Source: Amphiscolops sp. MND2022 (lineage: Eukaryota). From it: DNA of 64,000 nt. The notes below the pieces were generated by a model. The model did no database searches, was not told the DNA's origin, and saw nothing but the letters and a program-made list of their open reading frames with translations. This document shows, one piece after another, positions 1 to 12,762 of this stretch. Location: NCBI GenBank assembly GCA_964187785.1, contig OZ076409.1, positions 75,766,001 through 75,830,000 on the forward strand, in the 5' to 3' direction. The stretch's first letter is position 1; the number at the start of each line of letters is the position of its first letter. The translations under genes and the position numbers were made by a program.

Positions 1-2960
1 GCTATGGTGACGCCCAAGAACCCATCAGTTTACTTGTGGGATGATTCTGTAAAAATTTAGTGTTTTCGTGCAGACTATGTTACATATTACATTGGGAACC
101 GTGTTTTTTTCTCTCCAAAATCATGTTTTTGAGTGCCCAAAAACTGTTTTTAAAGCCCAGTAGCCATCTAAAATGTACTTTTGCATAACATGGGGTGTGA
201 GTAACGTGAAGAAAGTGCTCACTGTGGATTTGGAGTTATGTCGAAAAAATCACCTGCCATTAGACGTTACATTACAGAAAATCGTACCTTACATATCGAT
301 TCATGGGTTGAGTCAAAAACAACTAAAGTTCTTTTTCAGTCAATCAAAACTCTTTTTTGTTCACAACCAAGTGTACTGCTGACGTCGAACCTGTTTTGAC
401 CTTCCACAATGGTTATAGTGCAATTTTGAGGTACAAAAGCCTCGTTGACAAACAAAATTCCAAGATGAAATTGCTTTCCAAATCATTTTTTGAAGTATAG
501 GAACGCCATTTTTAGCCGACAACCATCAAATATCCACTTCTCTTGGCCCAGTGGCTTGTGAAAAATACAACTGGGCATTGACAAGGCACAAGGACCTTAC
601 TTCGAGTAGTCATGTCCCACAATATTTGCTAATCGATAGCAAATTTTGTTGAAAATTGATACAACATCACATTTTTGGTGGACTCGAAATGACAAATTGG
701 AGCTTCTGCAGCAACTATAGGCTTTTAGTGCAACTCAGTGGCACTGTTATTTAGGAAAATACGGTCTACAGTAGTTTCATGCTACTTTTTCAGAATCTGA
801 GGTACATAAAAATATCATTCTGAATAGACATATGACTTAAACATTGGAATTTTTCCAGTTGTGTCACCACTTTTTTGGTATCAGCGGTCCTACCAACACT
901 GTTTTTGGTCTAAAACTAAACCCGAGGCTCAACCAAGATGTATATCAGACTTGTAAAATCAATGCAAGGACTTTCGGCATGTCAAAAGTACTGATAAGAA
1001 GAGAAACTTCTCAAAAAATCATGTTATGTGTCATATTCCACTCCACGTTTTTTAATCGGTGCTTGTCGGTTATGGTATTAACGCTCAACAACGACCTCAC
1101 TGACAACAAACAACTCGTTTATAGTCATTAAAAGTGTTTATAATACAACCATGCTTGGTCTGGACACATTTTTTATCCCATTCGTTCGTAACAATGAAAA
1201 ATTTTTCCCCAATAACCCAATTTTTGTCAGGTCGAAAACTGATTTCTCGTGTTTTGAACAACATTATTGTGTCTGGCGTAACCTGTGGCCTCCAAAATAC
1301 TGAAAAAGAGATATATGACTGGTATCAAATGCTTCAGTGACATGTGAGCCACGATAACACGTTTTGCAAAGAAAAATTCAACTTTCAACTGAAAATTTCG
1401 AAGACACATTTTCACAATAGAAACAGAATATATAACAATCTAACCTAATTCCCGTCAATTACTATTAATATAGTATCATTGTTGCGAATATGAGGTCCAT
1501 ACAGGGGTGTATGGGAAAAATATGGCGCATAAAGCATTGTGTAACACAAAGTTTACCAAAGTACTAAGAATTTGTCACGGTTTTTTTGCGCTCTAACTCA
1601 AAAATTTGATGGTGTAAACATCAATGAGCAGTTCAATTAGGTACGGTTTATCAACTGTGTATCTTTTTCAAAGTGCACGATCTTTCTGTTGTTCCAAACT
1701 CCTTTGTTAGGGCTGAAAAGTGTCATATGTTTTACAACGCAATGTTCATTAAAAGATACATTAGCAAAGACCGAATCAACTTCACAGCAGGTAATCAAAT
1801 TCTCAATACGTCTTTCAGTACTTGGATTTCGCAGACTATATAGATTTCATTTGCATTTTTATAAAGACTTTATAACTGAATCTTGCATTTTTATAAAGAG
1901 CTTATAAAAAATTTTCGTGATAGCCTTCCAAGTTGGCCTTCGGCCAACTTGGAAGGCTAACACTACAAACACCAAAAACCAGGAGTTCCTTTAATCTCAA
2001 AATAGGCGGGGAAACTTTCATTGAACTTCTTTTCTCACGTTAATTGATAACTTCAGGACATGAGCATTTCTATTCGCTATACGATGACCACCATTGTGTT
2101 CAAACAATAAATCTTTCCTTGTTACGCTTAAAAATACCATAAAGACTAACTTGAAACATATGAATTGTATGTGGAACGTACATTTATCTAACCAATGAGT
2201 GGCTACCCCTATTGGTTCCACGAAATCCTCTACCCCTCCACCAGACAGTACGTTACATCATACGTTGATGTATTCCACAGTGGTGACATAGGGCAAAAAA
2301 AGGAAATGGAGTTGGAGTGTATGTATTTCTAATGCATTTAAGTCAGCCACTTGTGATAGGAAAGGTTCAAAACTACGGAATAAATCTATCCTAGCTGAAA
2401 ATTATTTGGGCAAACACATGGCACACAAAAATACTTCAAAAATTTCCAGCAGTCAATTCCTTCCACAAAAATTTTTCTGTCCGATTGTGAATAATTTCAA
2501 TATTTGGAATTCGCCAGTCCCGTCATCTTCGCATCTCAGCTCGGTCACAACAGAGCTTTCTTTTTTACAATTCTCTCCACCCATTTCCACATAACGAGGA
2601 AGTTACGTTCACTATTCGGAGTGTTATTTGAGATTATAAGGCATTAATCACTGTAATGAACAATTACTTCTAATGTTGAAACTCTTCCACCTTTCTTTGT
2701 AAATTCTTAAAGTAGAACATCGCTTTTATTCAGCAGGAACGTCGCGTTGGCTTGCAGATTGATGGATAATAAGTGACAAGTAGCATTGTAAGGCATTACG
2801 TGTCGTGGAGATGCCAAATATGAAATACGTTGAACACAACAAAGACTACTTTTGTCAACAGAACGGAAAACGAAAATTTTATTGTTGAAAATTCTTATCT
2901 TTCTATACACAATTTCCTCGCTTCTCGGCAGTGTAACTGCAACAACCTCGCCTCCACTGG
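1..2960 (+). mobile_element. Family A unit (about 4.9 kb, alpha subtype), 5' part cut by window edge
   Basis: Collinear with the 3' about 2.96 kb of 15890-20786; ends ...cctcgcctccaCTGG followed by GTGGTCCGGGG. Confidence 0.75.
1921..1959. repeat. Perfect 18-bp inverted repeat with 3-nt loop in family A
   Basis: TAGCCTTCCAAGTTGGCC-TTC-GGCCAACTTGGAAGGCTA; identical copies start at 6818, 11717, 19744, 24641, 32766, 37660 and 42554. Confidence 0.95.
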
Positions 2961-2963
2961 GTG
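2957..2963. other. Junction core CT(A/G)GGTG, representative of 28 junctions
   Basis: Present at every unit boundary. New units start at 2961, 7857, 12763, 13811, 14842, 15890, 20787, 25683, 27876, 28909, 33808, 38698, 43593, 44860, 46132, 47402, 48672, 49941, 51207, 52489, 53768, 55054, 56344, 57653, 58925, 60196, 61461 and 62773. Confidence 0.9.
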
Positions 2964-5900
2964 GTCCGGGGCTGTTTTTGCCCCACAAGAAACTTTGCGA
3001 GGCCGGGGAGGGTCCCGATTGCCGAGCGCATTATCCAAAATACATCACTAGTCCACCGGGTCCGATTTCGGCGATTTTGGAATCTAACCATACGATTTTA
3101 ATAAAACTTTGCACACATACCTAAAATCAAATTATAAGAACTTTTTTCACCTGACGTATCATGATTGAAACATTTGTTGAAAAGTTATGTGCAAATGATC
3201 GTGTTTTTTGGCACTTTTTCGCATTTTTCACACAGTAGCTCCACACTTTATGCTATGCATTTGGCCCATTTTTTGCGTGCGAGGCATAAATGATGTCATG
3301 TTTACACATGCCAAAAATTATTCCTCAATTCGCAACAGGAGTGGAGATATGGCGGATAATATTGGCGGAAAATTTACCGAATACGAAAATTTGCACATAT
3401 TTGGCCAAAATTTGTTTCGAAAATGAGAAAAATCAAAAAGTCCGCGGATTGCGTTGAAACTTGGCAAAAAGGTAGTAGAACAAATTCTAAGAACTTTATC
3501 CTTCTGACGTTTTTCCGAAAAATTGCATCTTCTACCTATATTTGCAATATTTCGGGTTTTGTGATTCAAGGTGATTAATCACTCACATATTCAAAGTCCA
3601 TTTTCAGCATGAAGCAATGCAGATACCGCCAATGTGCACATATTGCAAAATCATCAACGGCCAACGGTCTACCGAACGGTCCAAAAAAATTTTCCCCTCT
3701 GGCCCAATCAAAGTGGTCAAAAGTGGCAAAAGGTTTTTTTCAACAGTATCACCATTACAAAATTGATGATTTGACCAGGAGGAACGGTCCGCACGGTCTC
3801 GGACCATTAGGTAAAAAAGTGTCAGTGAGTTATGGTGACGACCAAAATGACATCGGTTGACCTCTAAGAGGCCTTTGGAAAAATTTGATTTTTTTGAGTG
3901 ACGGTCCGAGTTGATCTGTTACGTTGTATCAACATTTCATAATCATGTTACTCATAACCGAGTACAGATAGCACCGTGGGTCATCTTTATCAAAATGAAC
4001 GTTGGGCAGCGGTCTAACGATTGAGTGCAAAAAATATACCTTAGCTGTCATAGTGAAAGAAAAAAATTTTCAGAAGTGTTGTTTTCAATTTTTCATGTCG
4101 ACTCGCAGTTACAAAAATGTGATTTTCTCTTCAGCAACGGTCCGAACGGTCTGGTACCATAAGATAAAAATTTGTCAGTGTGACATGGTGGCGCCCAAAA
4201 ACACATCAGAACAGTGGTAGGAAGCTTCTGAACAAATTTCGAATTTTCACGTAGGTCCGAGAGTTATAGTGTCACATCGTAACTACATTTCGGGTATGCA
4301 TATCTCCTCACAGAGTACAGATGGCATCATGGGTCACCTTTTCGAAAAAGAACGTGGACCACTGGTCAATCGATTGGTCATAAAAAGTTTTCAGTCACTG
4401 CTGCACGGCGTGCACAATATGCCAATATGGGGTATTTAGCATTTTTTTGCACGACTCGGACCTACAAAAGTCCCATTTCTGCTCCACCAACGGTCCGTAC
4501 GGTCTTGAACCATAAGGTCAAAAAGTGTCAGTGTGCTATGGTGACGCCCAAAAACCCATCAGTACACTTGTAGAGTGCTTCTGAAAAATTTTGGTATTTT
4601 CACGTGAGTCCGAGAGTTATAGAGAGTTATGTTGTCACATCGTAACTACTTTTCGGGTATGTATATCTCCTGACAGAGTACAGATAGCAACATGGGTCAT
4701 CTTTTGGAAAGTAAACGTGGCCCACTGGCCTACCGAATGGCGATAAAAAGTTTTCACTAGTTGCTACAGGGAATGATAAAAGTGCTTACATGTGTTACTT
4801 ACCATTTTTTTAGGCGACTCGGACTTACAAAAAGCTTATTTGCTCGCCAACAACGGTGTCTACGGTCTCCGACCATAAGGTCAAAAAAGTTTTGTGAGCT
4901 ATGGTGACGCCCAAGAACCCATCAGTTTACCTGTAGGATGATTCTGAAAAAATTTGTTTTTTTCCAGTTCACTATGTTAGATATTCCATGGCGAACCGTG
5001 TTATTTTTCCAACAAAATTATGTTTTTGAGTGCCCGAAATTAGTTTTTAAAGCACAATAGCCACATAAAATGTTGTTTTGCATAACATGGGATGTGAATA
5101 ACATGAAAAAAGTGCCCACTGTGAGTTTGGGGTCATTTTGGAAAAATCAGCTGCCATTGGACGTTACACATCAGAAAATCATACCTCACATATCAATATA
5201 TGGGATGAGTGAAAAATAGCTTATATGATTTTTCAGTCAATCAAGACCCTTTTTTGTTCACAACCACGTGTACAGCTGACGTTGAACGCATATTGACCTT
5301 CCGCAATGGTTACATTACGATTTTCAGTGACAAAAGCCCCGTTGACAAACAAAATTCCAAGATAAAGTTTGTTTCCAAATCATTTTTTGACGTATACGAC
5401 CGCCAATTTCTGCCCACACACATCAATTATCCACTTCTCTTAGTCCAGTGGCATGTGAAAAACACAACTAGGCATTGACAATCCACATACACTATAAATC
5501 GAGTAGTCATGGGCAACAATATTTACAAATCAGTAGTGAAATTTGTCTAAAATTGATAACACATCACAATTTTGTTGGAATCAAACTAGCAAAATGGAGG
5601 TTTATCAGCAACTTTTGGCTTTCACAGCAACCCACTGGCCCTGTAATATAGGAAAAGGGTGTTTACCGAACTTTTAAGGTTATATTTCAGAGTCTGAGGT
5701 AGCTAAAAATATCATACTGAAGAGACGCATGACTTCAACTTCAGTATTTTTCCCGATGTGTCAGCACTTTTTTGGTATCGGCGGTCCCACCAATACTGTT
5801 TTTGGTCTGACACTAAACCTTAGGATCAATCAAGGTGGATACCAGACTTGAAAAATCATTGCAAGGAATTTCGACATGTCAAAAGTAGTGATGACAGGAG

Positions 5901-7856
5901 ATATTTCCCAAAAATTCCAGTTATTTGTCACGTTCCATTGTGCCTTTTTTAATCGGTCCTTGTCGGTTATGGTATTAACGCTCAACAACAACCTCACTGA
6001 CAACAAACAACTCTTTTATAGTTATAAAAAGTATTTATAATACAACCATGCTCGGTCTGGACAGGTTTTTCATCCCATTCGTTGTTAACAAGCAAATTTT
6101 TTTCCCCAAAAACCCAATTTTTGTCAAGTCGAAAATTGATTTCCCGTGTTTTGAACAACATTATTGTGTCTGACGTAACCTGTGGCCTCCAAAATACTGA
6201 AAAACAGATATATGACTGGTATCAAATGCTTCATTGACATGTGAGCCACGATAACACGTTTTGCAAAGAAAAATTCAACTTCTAAGTTAAAATTTTGAAG
6301 ACACATTTTCATAATAAAAACAAAATTCATAAAAAGTAACTTATTTCCCGTCAAATACTATTGATATACTATCAGTGTTGCTAATATGAGGTCTATACAG
6401 CGGTGTATGGGAAAAATGTGGCGCATAAAGCATTGTGTAACACAAAACTTTCCAAAGTACTGCGCATTTTTCACTGTACTTTTTGGACTCTATGACAAAA
6501 ATTTGATAGTGTAAACATCAATGAGCAGTTCAATTTAGTACGAATATTCAACTGTGCATATGTTTCAAAGTGCACGATCTTTCTGTTGTTCCAAAATCCT
6601 TTGTTACGGCTGAAAAGATTCATATGTTTTACAACGCAATGTTCATTAAAAGATAAATTAGCAAAGACTGAATCAATTTTACAAAAGTTAACAAACTTGT
6701 CAATACGTCTTTCAGTACTTGGATTTTGCAGACTATATAGATCTGATTTGCATTTTTATAAAGACATTATAACTGAATATAGCATTTTTATAAAGAACTT
6801 ATAAAAAAATTTCGTGATAGCCTTCCAAGTTGGCCTTCGGCCAACTTGGAAGGCTAGCACTCCAAATACCAAAAAACAGGAGTTCCTCTATTCTCAAAAT
6901 AGCTGTGGACAGTTTCATTCAACTTTCTTTTCTCACGTTAATTGATAAATTCAGAACATAAACATTTCCATTCGCTATAAGGAGATCATAATTGAGTTCC
7001 ATAAAAACATCTTTCATTGTGTCGCTTAAAAATACCATAAAAACTAACTTGAAACATATGAATTGTATGTGGAACATACATTCTATTTACTAGTGAGTGT
7101 CTACCCTTATTGGCTCCACCAAATCCTCTACCCCTGCACTAGACAGTACGTTACATCATACGTTGATGTATTTCACAGTGGTGACATTGGGCCAAAAAAA
7201 ACGAAATGGAGTGTATGCATTGCTAATGTTATTAAGTCAGCCAATTGTGGTAGGAAAGGTTCAATACTACGAAAAATATCTATTCCAACTGAAAATGATT
7301 TGGGGCAAACACATGGCACACAAAAATACCTCAATAATTTTCACCAATCAATTTCTTCCACAAAAACTTTTGTGTCCGATGGTGTATAATTTCCTAATTT
7401 GGAATCAGCCAGTCACGTCATTTTCGCATCTCAGCTCGGTCATAACAGAGCGTTCTTTTTTGAAATTGTTTCTACCCAAATTCACGTAACGAGGCTGCTA
7501 CGTCCCCTATTTGGAGTGTTATTAGTGTTTATAAGGGATTAATCACTCTAATGAACATATACTTCTAATGTTGAAACTCTTTCACTTTTCTTTGTAAATT
7601 GTTAAAGTAGAACATTGCTGTTATTCAGCAGGAACTCGCTTTGGCTTGCCGAATGATGGAAAATAAATGACAAGTCGCCCTGTAAGGCACCACGTGTCGT
7701 GGGGATGACAAAAATAAAATAAGTTGAACACAACAAAGACTACTTTTGTCAACAGAAGGGAAAAAGAAAATTTTAATTATGAAAATTTTTCTGTTTTTTA
7801 ATACACATTTTCCTCGCATCTCGGCAGTGCAACTGCAACAACCTCGCCTCCACTGG
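2961..7856 (+). mobile_element. Family A unit, beta subtype (4896 bp)
   Basis: Starts GTGGTCCGGGGC, ends ccaCTGG; closely matches 38698-43592. Confidence 0.75.
3610..4950 (+). repeat. Diverged internal tandem subrepeat of family A, period about 353 bp, nearly 4 copies
   Basis: The ATGGTG(A/G)CG landmark recurs at 3832, 4185, 4538 and 4901 (spacing 353, 353, 363); present in every complete A unit. Confidence 0.85.
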
Positions 7857-10800
7857 GTGGTCCGGGGCTGTATTATGCCCCACAGTAGTCCTTGCGAGGC
7901 CGGGGAGGGTCCCGATTGCCGAGCGCATTATCCAAAATACATCACTAGTCCACCGGGTCGGATTTCGGCGATTTTGGAATCTAACCATACGATTTTAATA
8001 AAACTTTGCACACATACCTAAAATCAAATTATAAGAACTTTTTTCCCCTGACGTATCATCATTGAAACATTTGTTGAAAAGTTATGTGCAAATGATCGTG
8101 TTTTTTGGCCATTTTTCGCATTTTTCACACAATAGCTCCACACTTTACGCTATGCATTTGGCCCATTTTTTGCGTGCGAGGCATTTATGATGTCATGTTT
8201 ACACATGCCAAAAATTATTTCTCAATTCGCAACAGGAGTGGAGATATCGCGGATAATAGTGGCGGAAAATTTCATGATTACGAAAATTTGCACATATTTG
8301 CCCAACATTTGTTTGAAAAATGAGAAAAATTAAAAAGTCCGCGGATTGCGTTGAAACTTGGCACACAGGTAGTTGAACAAATTCTAAGAACTTTTTCTCT
8401 CTGACGTTTTTCCGAAAAATTGCATCTTCAACCTATATTTGCAATATTTCGGATTTTTTGATTCAAGGTGATTTATCACTCACATATTCAAAGTCCATTT
8501 TCAGCATGAAGCAACGCAGATACCGGCAATGTGCACAAATTGCAAAATCATCAACGGCCAATGGTCTACCGAACGGTCCAAAAAAATTTTGCCCTCGGGC
8601 CCAATGAAAGTGGCCAAAAGTGCCAAAAGCTTTTTTCCAACAGTATCACCATTACAAAATGGATGATTTGATCAGGAGGAACGGTCCGCACGGTCTCGGA
8701 CCATAAGGTGAAAAAGTGTCAGTGAGTTATGGTGACGACCAAAATGACATTGGTTGACCTCTAAGAGGCCTCTGGAAAAATTTGATTTTTTTGAGTCACG
8801 GTCCGAGTTGATCTGTTACGTTGTATGAACATTTCATAATCATGTTACTCATAACCGAGTACAGATAGCACCGTGGGTCATCTTTATCAAAATGAACATT
8901 GGGCAGCGGTCTAACGATTGAGTGCAAAAAATATACCTTAGTTGCCGTAGTGACAGAAAAAAATTTTCAGAAGTGTTGTTTTCAATTTTTCATGTCGACT
9001 CGCAGTTACAAAATTGTGATTTTCTCTTCTGCAACGGTCCGAACGGTCTCGGACCATAAGATCAAAATTTGTCAGTGTGACATGGTGGCGCCCAAAAACA
9101 CATTAGAACAGTGGTAGGAAGCTTCTGAACAAATTTCGAAATTTTACGTGGGTCCGAGAGTTATAGTGTCACATCGTAACTACATTTCGTGTATGCATAT
9201 CTCCTTACAGAGTACAGATAGCATCATGGGTCACCTTTTCGAAAAAGAACGTGGGCCACTGGTCTATCGATTGGTCATAAAAAGTTTTCAGTCACTGCTG
9301 CACGGCGTGCACAATATGCCAATATGGGGTATTTAGCATTTTTTTGCACGACTCGGACCTACAAAAGTCCCATTTCTGCTCCACCAACGGTCCGTACGGT
9401 CTTGAACCATAAGGTCAAAAAGTGTCAGTGTGCTATGGTGACGCCCAAAAACCCATCAGTACACTTGTAGAGTGCTTCTGAAAAATTTTGGAATTTTTAG
9501 GTGAGTCCGAGAGTTATAGAGAGTTATGTTGTCACATCGTAACTACTTTTCGGGTATGTATATCTCCTGACAGAGTACAGATAGCAACATGGGTCATCTT
9601 TTGGAAAGTAAACGTGGCCCACTGGCCTACCGAATGGTGATAAAAAGTTTTCACTAGTTGCTACAGGGAATGATAAAAGTGCTTACATGTGTTACTTACC
9701 ATTATTTTAGGCGACTCGGACTTACAAAAAGCTTATTTGCTCGCCAACAACGGTCTCTACGGTCTCCGACCATAAGGTCAAAAAAGTTTTGTGAGCTATG
9801 GTGACGCCCAAGAACCCATCAGTTTACCTGTAGGATGATTCTGAAAAAATTTTGCGTTTTCACGCTGACTATGTTACATATTACATAGGGAACCGCGTTC
9901 TATACCCTATCGAAATCATGTTTTTGACTGCCCAAAACCATTTTTTAAATCTCAATAACCACATAAAATGTTGTTTTGCATAACATGGGATGTGAATACT
10001 ATGGAAATAGTGCCGACTGTGGGTTTGGAGTCATTTTGAAAAAATCAGATGCCATTGGACGTTATACATCAGAAAATGATACCCCACATATCAATATATG
10101 GGTTGAGTGAAAAATAGCTTAAATGCTTTTTCAGTCAACCAAGACTCTTTTTTGTTCACAACCACGTCTACAGCTGACGTGGAACACATATTGACCTTCC
10201 GCAATGGATATATTGCGATTTCGAGTGACAAAAGCCCCGTTGACAAACAAAATTCGAAGATAAAATTTGTTTCCAAATCAATTTTTGTCGTATAGGACCA
10301 CCAATTTTTGCCCACAAACATCAACTATCCATTTCTCTTAGCCCAGTGGCATGTTACTAATACAACTGGGCTTTAACAAGGCACGTACACTATAATTGGA
10401 GTAGTCATGGGAAACAATCTTTACAAATCAGTAGTGAAACTTGTCAAAAATTGATAAAGCATCACAATTTTGGTGGAGTCGAACTAACAAAATGGAACTT
10501 TATCAGCAACTATTGGCTTTTAACGCAACCCACTGGCCCTGTAATACACGAAAATGATGTTTACTGCACTTTTAAGGTTATATTTCAGAGTATGAGGTAG
10601 CCAAAAATATCATACTGAATAGACGCATGACTTCAACTTCAGTATTTTTCCCGATGTGTCACCACTTTTTTGGTATCGGCGGTCCCACCAAGACTATTTT
10701 TGGTCTAACACTAAACCTGAGGGTCAACCAAATTGGATAACATACTTGAAAAATCAATGCAAGGAATTTCGACCTGTCAAAAGTAGTGATTACAGGAGAT

Positions 10801-12762
10801 ATTTCCCAAAAATTCATGTTATTTGTCACGTTCCATTATGCCTTTTTTATTCGGTCCTTGTCGTTTATGGAATTAACGCTCAACAACGACCTCACAGACA
10901 ACAAACAACTTGTTTACAGTTTTAAAAAGTATTTATAATACAACCATGCTCGGTCTGGACAGATTTTTCACACCATTCGTTCCTAACAAGAAAAAATTTT
11001 TCCCCAAAAACCCACTTTTTGTCAGGTCGAAAATTGATTTCCCGTGTTTTGAACAACAATAATGTGTCTGACGTAACTTGTGGCCTCCAAAATACTGAAA
11101 AACAGATATATAACTGGTATCAAATGCTTCAGTGACATGTGAGCCTCGATAACACGTGTTTCAAAGAAAAATTCAACTTTTAAGTGAAACTTTTAAAAAC
11201 ACATTTTCATAATAAAAACAGAATTCATAAAAAACTAACCTGTTTCCCGTCAAATACCATTATTATACTATCAGTGTTGCTAACATGAGGTCTATACAGC
11301 AGCGTATGGGAAAAATGTGGCGCATAAAGCATTGTGTAACACATAGCTTACCGAAGTACTGAGAATTTTTCACTGTACTTTTTGAACTCTATCACAAAAA
11401 TTTGATAGTGTAAACATCAATGAGCAGTTCAATTTAGTAGGATTATTCAACTGAGCATATGTTTTAAAGTGCACGATCTTTCTGTTCTTCCAAACTCCTT
11501 TGTTACGGCTGAAAAGAGTCATATGTTTTACAACGCAATGTTCATTAAAAGATAAATTAGCAAAAACTGAATCAACTTAACAAAAGCTAACTAAATTCTC
11601 AATACGTCTTTCAGTACTCGGATTTTGCTAACTATATAGACTTGATTTGCATTTTTATAAAGAGCTTATAACTGAATCTTACATTTTTATAAAGAGCTTA
11701 TAAAAAAAATTCGTGATAGCCTTCCAAGTTGGCCTTCGGCCAACTTGGAAGGCTAACACTACAAACACCAAAACACAGGAGTTCCTCTACTCTCAAAATA
11801 GTTGGGGTTATTTCATTCAGCTTTCTTTTCTCACGTTAAATGATAAATTCAGAACATAAGCATTTCCATTCGCTATAGGATGACCACCATTGAGTTCAAT
11901 AAATACATCTTCCATTGCGTTGCTTAAAAATATCATAAAAACTAACTTGAAACATATGAATTGTATGTGGAACGTACATTCATATTACCAGTGAGTGTCT
12001 ACTCCTATTGGCTCCACGAAATTCTCTACTCCTTCACCAGACAGTACGTTACATCATACGTTGATGTCTTTCATAGTGGTGACATTGGGGCAAAAACTGA
12101 AATGGAGTGTATGCACTGCTAATACTTTTAATTCAGCCATTTGTGGTATGAAAGGTTCAATACTACAGAATAATTATCTTGTAACTGAACCTTAATTGGG
12201 CAAACACATGTCACATAAAAATACTTCAAAAGTTTTCTGCAGTCAATTTCTTCCACAAAAATTTTCTTGTCCGACGGAGTATAATTTCAAAACTTGGAAC
12301 CCGCCAGTCACGTCATCTTCGCATCTCAGCTCCGTCATAACAAAGCGTTCTTGGTTAAACAAATCTCTCCACCCAATTTCACCTAATGAGGCAATTACGT
12401 TGACTATTTGAAGTGTTATTGAAGCTTCTAAACGATTAATCATTTTGAAGAACAAATACTTCTAATGTTCAAACTCCTTTACTTTTCTTTGATAATTACT
12501 AAATTATAACATCGCTGTTGTTGAGCAGGAACACGCGGCGGTTCGCAGAATGATGAGAAATAAGTGGCAAGTAGCCCTGTGCGCTACCACGTGTCGTTGG
12601 GGGATGAGAGCTATGAAAAAAGTTAAACACAACAAAGACTACTTTTGTCAACGAAAGTTTACAGACGGAAAAATGATCACTTTTTAATATAAAATTTCTA
12701 CTTTTTATACACAATTTCCTCGCATCTCGGCAGTGCAACTGCAACAACCTCGCCTCCACTGG
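7857..12762 (+). mobile_element. Family A unit, gamma subtype (4906 bp)
   Basis: Same termini and collinear with other A units; distinct substitution set in the 3' 3 kb. Confidence 0.75.

Noticed and set aside
1..2960. Long gene in an alternative genetic code
   Set aside because: The frames I translated contain more than one type of stop codon, and copies differ by indels that are not multiples of three.
2957..2964. Canonical Helitron or TIR/LTR element call
   Set aside because: The CTRR end and hairpins fit a Helitron, but units start with GTG rather than TC and no A|T target is visible. There are no terminal inverted repeats or LTRs, so the class is left unassigned.
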